A DNA stretch of 63,157 nt, filler included, from Asterionella formosa (lineage: Eukaryota), in NCBI GenBank assembly GCA_002256025.1. It is 16 parts of 16 records of this genome, joined end to end, with 100 filler letters (N's around TTAATTAATTAA, not from the genome) between each part and the next. Parts side by side here need not be neighbours in the genome. Positions count along the whole stretch, not along the records: positions 16,326 to 32,526 come from NKIB01005042.1; positions 32,627 to 33,631 come from NKIB01005051.1; positions 33,732 to 34,736 come from NKIB01005052.1; positions 34,837 to 51,008 come from NKIB01005053.1; 12 more parts are not named here. The stretch is one strand, 5' to 3'. Of the stretch, positions 29,616 through 42,095 are shown in pieces. The notes under the pieces are model-generated. The model searched no databases. It saw only the letters and a program-made list of their open reading frames with translations, and had not been told where the DNA came from. Numbering within the stretch: the first letter of the stretch is position 1; each line of letters begins with the position of its first letter. Position numbers and translations under genes: made by a program.

Positions 29616-32600
29616 AAATAGCTTGTACTAGTACACAGCCACTTGTCAAGATTGTTGTAGTAATATGCTCTGCCTTTGATGAGTGGTATGAGACAGGGAT
29701 GCAGGACACACAAGGGCCATCCTGCACTACTTAGATCTGGGAATCCAGCAAAAATTCTGTTTTTCCAAAAAATTTGAATCAAGGCAGAGTTTGAATTTTG
29801 TGACTACTTAAGACAACCAGCAATGGAGCAGCTTCTACCTGGCTGGATACAGCAGCAGGTTGCATGATCATCATGTGCCTATCCATTCCGCAATGTACTT
29901 GCAGACATTTACAATCACCATCCAGGTTTCTATTTGTCTTTTACTTCGCTTGAATGACTTTGTGGACATCAAGCTTGACCATTTTTTAAAAATCGTTTTG
30001 TATTTGAAAGATTCGATCTTTTTGCTTCTGCTTATGTGCATGAACATCTGGATCCAACCTTATTTTCAAATTTGGGTTTGATAATCAATGAGTTGAAGGA
30101 TTTTCTACATTGATTCAAGTTTGAGACACATCATATCAATTTTTACTCTTTTTGAAACAGAAAGAAAGTATGGGCACATTGACTGGGGTAAAGCTTGGAG
30201 TTGCCTTAAGTTCCTGTTTACACCGATATGTCATGGAGAAATTGCTTGCGGAGATGGTGGGAGTTGAATATATGTGTGCTGCATGTGGGAAACAGGCATA
30301 CTGAAACTTGTCACTGAAGGAGAAAAAGGGGACGCGCAATATCACGGGAATTGTTGGTTAGATCATGTCTTTCAGCAGAGGAAGTAATATCAATTTCGAG
30401 GATACAAACTGATCAGTACATGCTAGCTTACCATGATATCATTTACTCTGGCCAATTTTTCAATCCAACACCAGTATATCAGCAGTGCTCTAACAAACAT
30501 GGTTCAGTGGCAATCGAATACCATGTAAAGTAGATTAAGACTCATGTGCATCGATGTCACTTGGACTTCGATTACAAGCTTATAATTAATGTCAATTGAT
30601 TGAGCAACTGCTGATGCTGTTGTAGTGGCTGTGATGGTATGCATTTCATATATATGACGTGTACTATCAATATATTTAAACTTACATTATTCTCTTTGTT
30701 AACAATCTATGATTTGTTATCAGACAATCATTGATGCCATTTTATCATGACTGTTTCTGTGTTGCGAACAGAGCGAATGGTGATGATGACCTAAAAATAC
30801 ATAACTTTTTCTGGTACATTATCCTACAAGGAAGCTTGAAAACATGAACAAAATAGGAGCAATAATAATTGAATACCGGTATGCAAAGTCGAAAGGGTTC
30901 CTATTTAATTCACAATGATAATTATTATACTTATTAGATGATATACTGAAATCAGATTATCATTATTTAATATGCATTACATGAATATGATGTTCAATTT
31001 TTGCAGATGGAGCTATATGATTATATGAGAATGCTGCTGGCAAAAGGGCGAAAAGTCACAAAATCCTGCCTTGGAGTATGGGAGGCATGACAATGTAGCT
31101 ACTATACACCTCAGTTCCAGAATTTTGAATTTTTTTATAGACACTGTCCACCAACTTTATGGATTTATAAGTCATCCATCATGACGAGGTGAGTTGCACC
31201 TCATCCTTGTTTGCCTGGAGAAATTGATTTCTTGACCTTGTTTTCAATCCATTGCGTGCTCCTCCTGGACATGTCAGTATCAACAACCCAAGCTTTGGGT
31301 TGGCAAGCATATTGAATTGTGATTGCTATACAAGTTTTGTAATTTTCTGGTAATCTGCCCATCCATAATTCCAGAAAAATTGAACCATGGATAGAAGTTT
31401 TTCGCCACTCAACAAGGTAGGAGGAGCTCCTAGCAAGACAGTGCAATGATTTGAATTTTAATCTTTCACCATCATGGCTTACCTGTTTTATTGTTCCAAA
31501 CTTGTCAACATTGATTTTCATGTCATCAATATTGCCTGTAGGAAATTGAAAGTTACTCATCTGATTGTCGCTGTAGGCAACATAATGATTGATTTTATCC
31601 TCATCCAGCCTTGTCCTGGGCAACATGCATGGCTGAGTGCATGTCAGCAGGTGATGATGTCCTCATGGGCAAGCAAGCCAGCGCTTGATGATCTTTTCAA
31701 GTGCCTTCAGAGACACATTTTCATTCACAGGTTGCCTCTTCATCTCAACAAAATTGTTGCACTTACTGTACTCTTCTTCTGCAACAATATTTTTCAACTG
31801 CTTGCTAATGCTGATGATACTGCAAAAAATGGTTGGGTTGGTGGCTAACTTCAATTTCTCATGATCCAAGCCATAGAACCTACACAAATTATTTCAGTTG
31901 TAGAAGTAGGTACAAAATTTTACTGTACACACTTTAGGAATTACTACTTTAGAAGCCATGACGAAATTTTGGTGCAACTGTGCAACAAAAATGGAAACTC
32001 AATCGATTATATGTAGAACCCATTTAAATCTAATCAATATCTCTTTTAGTTAATGTTGCTGTTATGTTTGAGACAGAGGTGAAAACAGTGGTGAAGTTGT
32101 TTTGCTCACTGTTTGGTGATCCAATAAGGGCAATTGTCACTCTTACTTTGGTAAGTGAAATTCATCAATCCTGGCTGTGTACTACAACATTGAGGAGTAA
32201 GGGTCGTTCTTATCATTTTCGATTTGGTATCATTTTTTTGAAAAAGTATCATGTAACGGCTACTCGATTTAAACCGAAAAAATCCATTCTCCACAAAAAT
32301 AAAATGAAATTGTATCACCCAAAAAGTATCACGAAAATTCAACGGTTACGGGCTGGCTACAATCATGTGCATATCCCTCCAGGCTTCCCTCCAGATTAAT
32401 TCGATAATTTTCCATTACTAAAACCATGTAGGAAAACTACGCGTATTATGTAGCAGTATGGAATATATAGCTGACATACCTGCTTAATTCTTGATTTGCC
32501 ATGAGTCAACACAGACATGCAAGATCNNNNNNNNNNNNNNNNNNNNNNNNNNNNNNNNNNNNNNNNNNNNTTAATTAATTAANNNNNNNNNNNNNNNNNN

Positions 32601-32626
32601 NNNNNNNNNNNNNNNNNNNNNNNNNN

Positions 32627-33631
32627 TGCCTGCGTTCCCCATTTCCTTAGAATTCTTGGGCACCTCATGATGAGTTTCATGGTTGGGCTTGGGAGGAATC
32701 TTCCTACCCCTGTAGATCTCATCGTTGGCATCGGGTCCCACCATTCCCAAGAGTAGGTGGTAGATCCCATCAAGGTATCCCTCCTTCTTGTACCTCTCGA
32801 GACTCTCCTTGACGTCCTTCGTGTTATACCTGGGGTCAGTCAACTTGGCAGTGTACAACTTCCACCAATTGTAACTGTCGGGGATTTCGTCTGCTTTGAG
32901 TTTCTTTTCCGTAACAATTTTCATGTACTGAGTAAGTTTACACATACAATCGGTGAACGAATTATGAAACTCGCGTAGAGATCCTCCTTCAGTAAGGCGG
33001 AGATTGTCCAGCACCTTGTTGTACTTTTTAATCCAGTGAATGACCAATTCTTCCCCTTCGTAATAACCACGGAGTTTGTGCCAAGCTTCATGTCCATCAT
33101 GCTCCTCCTTGGTAGTGAGTGCCAATCTAGCAACCGCTGTAGTTGAGATGGAGGCAACCAGCATGCCCCAGACAAGGCTGTTTTCATCAGGGTTCCTATG
33201 GGCATAGTTTCTGGATTTAATCACCTTGATGAGGTTCGAGGTTGCAAAATGCCCCACACTCTGCTGGCTCCATTCCAACCAATCTCCGTGGTCACCGGAA
33301 AATTGTCTGAGCTGCTGGACAGGTGTAGTGAAGACACGTTGGACTGATTTGTTCCCGGGCCCCCAGTGCGTGAGAGCCGCTGGGGTAGACCAGTTGTGAG
33401 CTACATGGGTATAGCGAGCTGCCACCTCATGTTTCATCTCATCAAAGTCCTCCGGGGTCTCCTCGATGTCCAAGAGCTGCCACTTAGCTAGGACAGTAAG
33501 CCATTCGAGAGCAGGTTGGACTGAATTGATAAATGCTGGGCTTTGGATTTGGTGAACCTTAAGGATGTTGCGCAGGTTGTCCATCCCAGTCACTTTCATG
33601 GTGGTGAGGATTTTTCTCATTGCAACAGCAT
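32627..33631 (-). mobile_element. LTR retrotransposon gag-like fragment (Copia-type), spans the whole contig
   Basis: Open frame across the contig with FSGDHGDWLEW and DGHEAWHKLRGYYEG, resembling Copia gag (UBN2-like) segments. Confidence 0.6.
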
Positions 33632-34399
33632 NNNNNNNNNNNNNNNNNNNNNNNNNNNNNNNNNNNNNNNNNNNNTTAATTAATTAANNNNNNNNNNNNN
33701 NNNNNNNNNNNNNNNNNNNNNNNNNNNNNNNATGTGTCTGTTAGGCTGTTGATGTCGACAGGTGTCCGAAGGCTAGATGTAGTCTGGCTGAGGAATGTCT
33801 AAATGGAGATAGACAATATTTAGTATGTAGCATCATATATGCAAACGAGTGGCGAGAGGAAGATCTTGACCGGTCATTCAAGGGCAGTACTGGAGAGCGC
33901 TAGGAAGAAGCACCATAAATTTTATCATGTATATACCTACCAGAACATAGATTTTACAGCTGCATCCTCATAGCTACTATGTAAACAAATACTGATAGAA
34001 TGTTTTATAGCTCATTTGTACTCCCCCATTTCTAGGCAAGTCTTTCATTGTGCTACCAGTAGAAAAACTGCCATGACCCATTGAGTTAGGGTGCTTATTT
34101 GACTCCTCCCAATAAAGTTAAATTCTACTGAATTCTTACAGACCCATTTGTTTGAAAGTGTCAGAACAGCATCGATCAATCAAGCTGTCATGTTAAAATT
34201 CTGATTGAATCATTTCATCAGAAGATATGATGGTAAAAAACCAGTTAAAAAGTGATTTCAATGGGTTATGGCAGTACTTACTTTTTCTGGATAAATGTAG
34301 TATATACATTTTCGAGGACAGATTAGCTAGGTCAAGTGTTAAGAAAGCACTTGTCATGCATGCATGGTATTAAACAATGTGAAAACCTAAAATTTGTAG

Positions 34400-34485
34400 T
34401 CTTTTTGCTTAAACTAACATTCTAATCTGGGATAAAGATAGCTAAATCTTTAGATTCAGCAAAATTAACCACAACTTGTTGGTAT
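34400..34485. repeat. Degenerate copy of the 3854-3953 hairpin element
   Basis: ttttgcttaaactaacattctaatctgggataaagatagctaaatctttagattcagcaaaattaaccacaacttgttggta. Confidence 0.75.
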
Positions 34486-34846
34486 GTACACCCTACCTAC
34501 TAGTGGGATGCATATACATGATGATACTGCATGCCTAAATAATAGGCTATCTCCATAGAAGTCAATATCAAGACAAGATAAAACTTGTTGCAAATGAGGT
34601 TAAGGATCGAATCAATATCGAAAATTTTATGCTCATCATCGTATATCATTTAATGCGGAGACTTCTAAACTTACCCTAATCCATGATCTTTCTTGGTTTT
34701 TTGGTCGATTGACCATTTCAGGCAATCTATCAAGATNNNNNNNNNNNNNNNNNNNNNNNNNNNNNNNNNNNNNNNNNNNNTTAATTAATTAANNNNNNNN
34801 NNNNNNNNNNNNNNNNNNNNNNNNNNNNNNNNNNNNTGACACACAG

Positions 34847-35160
34847 GTACCACTCCTAGAAAGCATTTCAAATATTTGCCGAGCCGCTGGGTCACATGAC
34901 AGATCAACTGTCAATCGGTGTGTAGAGTGTATCCCGGTACTGGTATGCTTATTTACACACAGATGTACAATCTATGGCAAATTCGAAAAGGAATCTATGC
35001 ACACGTACGCGCAAATTTCCACTGATTTGAATATTTCAAAGGAATCTTGTTATTCAAAAAGAGCTCATATAAGTTCTTAGTTCCAGGGAATTTCGGCAAC
35101 CCTAAGCAATATTTTAATTTTTGCAATGCAGGATCCTAAAAAAAAAATTATTTCGAAGCG
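34847..35160. repeat. Composite dispersed repeat
   Basis: 34866-34893 tttcaaatatttgccgagccgctgggtc matches 15685-15712; ~34975-35160 matches the reverse complement of 1050-1225. Confidence 0.7.
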
Positions 35161-36106
35161 CACAATGAATGCAGTACATCCTAGAAAGTCCTCGCAGATA
35201 TTTTTTTGAGAGGACCTCCCGGTCGTACTATGCTTACTATAATTTTAATTTATGACTACCGGTACATTGTGGATGACATCAGGAGATTCTTTTCAATTCA
35301 CGTTGATAAAGTGCCTACCTCTATGCAGTCAGTCATCCTCAATAATTGATTTATACCGAATGAGATTCTCTGTACTTACATGTCTTTTTTTCTCCTTGTT
35401 CCCGGACCTCCCTTGGTATCAACATGATCTAAACGGGTACTGGTGCCTGGTAGTTTTGTATTTGGAGTACCGGTTGGGAAGACTTTTTTCAGAATGATGT
35501 CTCTTGGTGTCGCTTCGGTTTTACTAATTTGCTTTCATATGTCGCAACAAAGAAAACACATAAAACGCTTTTTTGACATTCGGAGAGGCAAGCAAGCAGA
35601 GGCAGATGGCAAATTCGTATTTTGATACGGATATCCTGTCATAGATCCCACGCATGTGTGACGTAGGTACCTATATCCAAAACATTGACGAATCTGGCAG
35701 AAGTTGGCAGAAGGATGTTCCTTGGTATCTTCTTAAATCATAGGAGTAGCTTTTACAGTAGCTATTTGTCATTCCGACCACCACACACGTACTTGACGGG
35801 TCTTTCTGATTTTCGAATGGTACACAGGTCAGACTCAGGCGTACCAGGACCCAGGGTTATTCGTTCTTGGTATGTTTATATGAATGAATGTACTTGTCTG
35901 GGGTAATTCACCGGATTAGTTGCTTGTTTCTTCGTGTGAAGTAAAGGTACCTGGTACCTGGTACCGTAAAAAAACTTGACAGTGTCTCTGATTATGTATG
36001 TAGGATTGGTCCTTATAAAATCGTGGATCAACAACACCGAGAAAATCTACCTTCCTCGTTATTGCTCGACCCTGCTCTTCTCATCAGCACACGCACCCCA
36101 GCAAGA

Positions 36107-37412
36107 ATGCAGGGGAAGATTCAAGTTCTTGTAATTGGCGACAGCGCCTCAGGGTTCCTCGGAAAGGCCATCGTAGCCGAACTCGTGAAGCGACATTCCA
36201 CGGAACTTGACACGTCGGTGGCCTATCACGGCAAGAATGGACCGCCTCCTGCGTCACCAGCCGATGGATACACTGTGGTTGACGCCAATATAACTGAGTT
36301 CGGAGAGGAGAGCTTGGCTGAGACCATGCAGCGCTTCGATCGCGTCTTCATTGTCACTCCCGGCTTATTGGAAAAGGAACAGTTGGTCTGCAACATCCTC
36401 AAGGCTGCCAAGGCAGGAGGCCGCGTCCACTTTGTCGGAATCTCGTCAATGCTCATGGCTGGGACCGACACTATCTTTGGCAAGCAGCTCGATGCCATTG
36501 AGCGTCACGTCGCGAGCACAGGCATTGATTATTCTATCCTCCGTCTTCCGCCGTTCATTGACAACCTTTGGCTCTACGCGGCGCCCATCAAAGTTGATCG
36601 AGTCTTTTATGACCCTCGCCTTCCCGACAAGCCCCATACGCCCATTTGTGTTCAGGACGTTGGCCGAGCGGCTGCTGATGTCATGTTGCATTGCGACCAG
36701 CACAAAAACACACTGTACAAACTTGTTGCTCCACCGTGCACACTCAATGAAATAGCCGAAGCCTTCACCAAGATTGCCGGCAAGCCCGTCCTCTGCTCGC
36801 ACGTTCCCTACAAGGCTACAAAACAAGCTCTCTTGGGTAGTGGCTTTGAGGAATGGCAAGCTGATGGCGTATTGGAAATGTACAAGATGATCGATGATGA
36901 GCACCCTCAAGCATGTATTTTGGACAATGACGACTTTGCACGTATTACAGGTGAAAAGCCCATGACTATGCCACAGTGGGTAGATACTTATGCGGCTGGC
37001 TTTGTATCCAAGAAAAAATCGTCAGACCGTCATAATGAATCGTCTTCCTCTCAAAAGAAGAAGTCGTCATCCAAACGAATTACTGGTTTGGATTGTGCGG
37101 CATCCGTGACAACCAATGACAGCAGGGAAAGCAAGGATAGTAAGGAAACCTCCAGATCAAGAAGGAGCAAGGAGTCATCCTCGTCGCGAAGAACTAAGGA
37201 ATCGTCCTCGTCACGAAAGAAGGACAAGGAGAAGCGTTCGGGGGATGAACCTCGACGAAAGCACAGAAGCAGGCGCGATGCGAAGTCGACTGAGGAATGT
37301 TCACACGTCAATGAAGGAGAATGCCCACCAGTCGAAGGAGTAGGAGAATTCCCACCAGTCGATGAAGATGGAGACTGTCCACAAGTCGATGAAGATGGAG
37401 ACTGTCCACCAG
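36107..37412 (+). CDS. NmrA-like NAD(P)-binding protein with Ser/Arg/Lys-rich tail and acidic 9-aa repeats, 3'-partial (runs into gap)
   Basis: VLVIGDSASGFLGKAIV, YSILRLPPFIDN, ICVQDVGRAAA and DFARITGEKP motifs. First ATG at 36107. Confidence 0.85.
37305..37412 (+). repeat. 27-bp coding minisatellite (VDEDGDCPx)
   Basis: gtcgatgaagatggagactgtccacaa / ...cca plus two diverged upstream units, ending at a ~880-N gap. Confidence 0.85.
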
Positions 37413-38378
37413 NNNNNNNNNNNNNNNNNNNNNNNNNNNNNNNNNNNNNNNNNNNNNNNNNNNNNNNNNNNNNNNNNNNNNNNNNNNNNNNNNNNNNNNN
37501 NNNNNNNNNNNNNNNNNNNNNNNNNNNNNNNNNNNNNNNNNNNNNNNNNNNNNNNNNNNNNNNNNNNNNNNNNNNNNNNNNNNNNNNNNNNNNNNNNNNN
37601 NNNNNNNNNNNNNNNNNNNNNNNNNNNNNNNNNNNNNNNNNNNNNNNNNNNNNNNNNNNNNNNNNNNNNNNNNNNNNNNNNNNNNNNNNNNNNNNNNNNN
37701 NNNNNNNNNNNNNNNNNNNNNNNNNNNNNNNNNNNNNNNNNNNNNNNNNNNNNNNNNNNNNNNNNNNNNNNNNNNNNNNNNNNNNNNNNNNNNNNNNNNN
37801 NNNNNNNNNNNNNNNNNNNNNNNNNNNNNNNNNNNNNNNNNNNNNNNNNNNNNNNNNNNNNNNNNNNNNNNNNNNNNNNNNNNNNNNNNNNNNNNNNNNN
37901 NNNNNNNNNNNNNNNNNNNNNNNNNNNNNNNNNNNNNNNNNNNNNNNNNNNNNNNNNNNNNNNNNNNNNNNNNNNNNNNNNNNNNNNNNNNNNNNNNNNN
38001 NNNNNNNNNNNNNNNNNNNNNNNNNNNNNNNNNNNNNNNNNNNNNNNNNNNNNNNNNNNNNNNNNNNNNNNNNNNNNNNNNNNNNNNNNNNNNNNNNNNN
38101 NNNNNNNNNNNNNNNNNNNNNNNNNNNNNNNNNNNNNNNNNNNNNNNNNNNNNNNNNNNNNNNNNNNNNNNNNNNNNNNNNNNNNNNNNNNNNNNNNNNN
38201 NNNNNNNNNNNNNNNNNNNNNNNNNNNNNNNNNNNNNNNNNNNNNNNNNNNNNNNNNNNNNNNNNNNNNNNNNNNNNNNNNNNNNNNNNNNNAACCTCCC
38301 ACACACTCATGCACTCCGAATGGAAGAGGAACATTCTTGCTGAAATGATTCGTTGCTTTCTTTCTCTATTTCACCAAA

Positions 38379-39125
38379 TCATTCCTCCCATCGATCTCGT
38401 GGACGAGGTCGGATCCAATAGTACACACGCCAAAGGAATCTCCAAAAAGCGCTAATTACGTAATGGATGATGTTTCTTGGTGACTCTTGCAATTCCTTAC
38501 CCACACGAGTTCCCATAACGAGTAACGAGAAAGGCTTGTTGATCATTAGCATCGAATGTTGTACCAATTGTTGAGATAATTGTTGTGGCGTAAGTGTTGA
38601 ATTGGGATACATAACCTTGCCCTTGGCTAGAATCTGCTTTGATTTAAGAACAAAAATAATTGGTTTTCAGATTCGATGAATGGTATTCGTCTAAATCATT
38701 CTATTGGGTTGCTTTTAAAGTGCGTAACCCCGCCAATCATGTTGAAAAGAATGCCAACGTACCTTCCATCCATCGACAAGACCCAACACACAACCAATCC
38801 GTTGTTGTGCCAAGGGGGTACGCCCGCGATTAATACTCCACCACTGCCAAGTTGGTTTCGGTTGCTGTAAAGACAATTCATATCGTTGTTTACCAAAGAG
38901 GAACCGGATGACGTTTTTTGGCTCGTCTCCATCATCACATATCAATTGAATGCGTGATTGACAAATTGGACAAACGTCCAACAAAATGGCAGCCTTCAGC
39001 CTCAAACGATGACCACAACTCTTTTTTTCAACAGAATCATAAACATGACAAGTATCTAAAGGTCGGTCGGTGCGAGAGGGTAGATAAGAGGATGGTAGAA
39101 GTCTTTCGTTTTGATTGTGGATCAT
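38379..39125 (-). CDS. Hypothetical protein, 2 exons (39125-38763, 38633-38379), Cys motif plus possible ubiquitin-like segment
   Basis: The phase-0 GTACG...CAG intron 38634-38762 joins two ORFs into ...GLVDGWK|ILAKGKVMYP... (about 205 aa). Contains CGH...CPIC. Confidence 0.6.
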
Positions 39126-39649
39126 TGTTATCGTCGTCCTGTCTCGTGGTAAGGTTACGTGTTCACGGAAAGTTATACCGTATAAGAATAGGTACCTGAT
39201 AACTCCGACGATTCAGGTGATGTGCGACGATGTACTAATAATTTATGGTTCATGCATGCATGCATGTTCTTGCGTTGTTCCCTGTGAATAAATGTAACGA
39301 TACTATTGTTAGTCTTTACCTTGTTGTTGCTTCTCACGGCGAAAACACAGTCTACGAAAGTTTCAATGTAGTAAGAATACTGGTATATGAGTGGTGATTC
39401 TCCAAGATTATGACATCACAACGGTCTGCAAAACCATCAGGGTACGTGTAGAATACAACTGAAGAAAAGAATGAAACTACTGATGTTGATTTCGAAATAA
39501 TTGTCTTGACTACGACTAAAAAGAATAATTCTGATTATGAACATGTTAATATGAGACCAAAATCTACGCTACATGTGAGGAAACAGAAAATGCATTTATT
39601 GGTGTGGATGAAGAAATCAATCAAGCACATCATGCAAGCATCAAAATCA

Positions 39650-41029
39650 GTGAGAGTAAAATTTGCATATCAAGTGATAAAAATGAATGATGGTTAGCAG
39701 ATACAGGTGCTACCAGTAATATTACCTACATGCAGTAAGTAAANNNNNNNNNNNNNNNNNNNNNNNNNNNNNNNNNNNNNNNNNNNNNNNNNNNNNNNNN
39801 NNNNNNNNNNNNNNNNNNNNNNNNNNNNNNNNNNNNNNNNNNNNNNNNNNNNNNNNNNNNNNNNNNNNNNNNNNNNNNNNNNNNNNNNNNNNNNNNNNNN
39901 NNNNNNNNNNNNNNNNNNNNNNNNNNNNNNNNNNNNNNNNNNNNNNNNNNNNNNNNNNNNNNNNNNNNNNNNNNNNNNNNNNNNNNNNNNNNNNNNNNNN
40001 NNNNNNNNNNNNNNNNNNNNNNNNNNNNNNNNNNNNNNNNNNNNNNNNNNNNNNNNNNNNNNNNNNNNNNNNNNNNNNNNNNNNNNNNNNNNNNNNNNNN
40101 NNNNNNNNNNNNNNNNNNNNNNNNNNNNNNNNNNNNNNNNNNNNNNNNNNNNNNNNNNNNNNNNNNNNNNNNNNNNNNNNNNNNNNNNNNNNNNNNNNNN
40201 NNNNNNNNNNNNNNNNNNNNNNNNNNNNNNNNNNNNNNNNNNNNNNNNNNNNNNNNNNNNNNNNNNNNNNNNNNNNNNNNNNNNNNNNNNNNNNNNNNNN
40301 NNNNNNNNNNACAGATGAGAAGTTTTATAATACGTTTCTAATGATTTACGATCATTTAATGCAGTTTGGCTGGCTTGGATGGGTGAAAATAGGTGCTAAG
40401 AAAAAATGAAGAAAAGGCCATTAAATATGGGATGGTTGGTTATTCTCATAATCATACTGGAGACATTTATCGAATGTCTAACCCTTAGACGAGAGAGATT
40501 GCAAACAGTCGCAACATTTGCTGGATAGATTGGTATAGTCAAACAAGTCTAGTATCAGCGTGCATTCTCCATCAAGGAAGAAAACAATGCACTTATCCTA
40601 ATAATTGCTACACATGTTGATGATTGTGCAATTTATGGCAAGCCAAATTATATTAAATCGTTCAAAAATGAAATCAAGAAAAATTTTACAATCAAGGAGC
40701 TGGGCCTTTGAAGAAACATTTGCCAATGACCCCTCTTGGACTCTCTAAATGTTGGGAATGGTCCCGACATTCATTTTCGCATACTAGTCCAACTTTTTTT
40801 CACAAAATACTACAATTTACCGACCATAGCTAGAATGATATTCTTTGTGGAGAGTTACTTTGTCTGGATTATTCCTGAGAATGATTCCTGGAAATAATGC
40901 TGAGATTGATGCGTCTCTTGGATACTTTCCAAAAATATCATGATAATCTTGAAGCATAACATGCGCAAAATCCTCCATGTTCAATTCCAAATAGAGTCCT
41001 ATTTTATCTTGTCCCCAAAAGGCCATCAT
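39650..41029. mobile_element. Degenerate Ty1/Copia pol remnants
   Basis: Protease-like WLADTGATSNIT at 39691 (+) and RT IIATHVDDCAIYG...FTIKELG at ~40601-40708 (+). A downstream RT-like segment lies on the minus strand at 40817-41029. Stops and frameshifts present. Confidence 0.7.
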
Positions 41030-41197
41030 GGATTCCCAGAATGTATTTTTTACGGGAGTCTACTGATATGTGCCGATGAACCAGGCGAGTTTTCGTTTCC
41101 CTGAATAAGTTCATTTGTGGGAGGTCCCAAGCTCATGGAGGGAAACTATGAAATGTGGTTGGAAACTTTACATTAGGGATCCATCATTCCCTTTTCG

Positions 41198-41710
41198 TTT
41201 CAAGCCAAGCACTTGGGGAGAATCAGAATGAGAAGGATCGACAGGCATATCACTGTAAAGAAGATTGACTTGACCAAGAACTTGGGAGCAGGCCTTTCCC
41301 TCAACAGGTAGAAGACTGGAATGTCCAACAAGAGTGCTTCCAACAAAAAGCCAATAAACTAAGTAATATAGTATATTTCATTATAAGCCGATGGATAATT
41401 TCGAGCAATGTACTAGGACTGATAGTTGGCCGACATTAGCGCAACAACATTGACTCCCCCAATATCTAAAATAATTTGCGCTGCCAGTTCCTATACGAAA
41501 TGCAAACTGAGTCCGATGATCTATCAAAGTTATCATAATAGTTGGCAATTTCATCTCTCGTCCACTGAGGTGGATCCATCACAGTCCAAGCAGTCAGGAT
41601 GGCGATATTGGCAGACATCAGAATTGCAAATGGATACAACACATCCTTAGAAAGTATTACCGGTATGATGTGTTTAAAACATTTGACTTTGTCATTTTGT
41701 TTGTTCAATC
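41198..41710 (-). pseudogene. Class C (GABA-B-like, 7tm_3) GPCR fragment, frameshifted
   Basis: KDVLYPFAILMSANIAILTAWTVMDPPQWTR and, in another frame, EALLLDIPVFYLL...KFLVKSIFFTVICLSILLILILPK. Confidence 0.7.
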
Positions 41711-42095
41711 CAAGTTATGTATAAATGATTTTTTGCAATATTATCTGGATGATTTGTAATGTTTTCATTATTCATTGACTCACTTAGTCTATATGTTGCT
41801 AGCTGAGATCTTTTTAAATTCATCCTGTAAGTAATGGCAACGACAAGCTATTGTCTGGAGCAATAGCACTTGCATGCAAAATATTCTACAACTTGCCTCA
41901 TTTCATTTGAAATTGAATTACTTTGAGTGGCTACAGTTTGTGTCATGTGACATTGTTATAGAATTTAGGAAAAGCAAAATTGCGTATGATACTGGGTCAG
42001 GGTTGGCACATGAGAACTCTTGCCTGGTCATCTCAAAGTAAGCAATCTCCCACCATTGGTATCTGAGTTCTCAGTAATTGAAAGCTTCAGCTCCA

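Noticed and set aside
29700..32400. Possible TE with degenerate TIRs and ORF fragments (31201-31887)
   Set aside because: The end matches are short and patchy, and no recognisable transposase motif was found.
37000..37290. Silaffin-like Lys/Ser-rich biosilica peptide
   Set aside because: No signal peptide, and it is attached to a cytosolic-type Rossmann domain; composition alone is insufficient.
24427..37412. Functional link between SRPK and the Ser/Arg-rich NmrA protein
   Set aside because: They are on different scaffolds joined artificially, so proximity is meaningless.
37051..38455. Long ORFs spanning the N gap, including the 810-aa call
   Set aside because: The length comes from Ns read as X; the frame beyond the gap cannot be established.
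39247..39267. (CATG)n palindrome, and the TA-rich palindrome at ~28403-28426
   Set aside because: Short low-complexity palindromes that are expected by chance or slippage.
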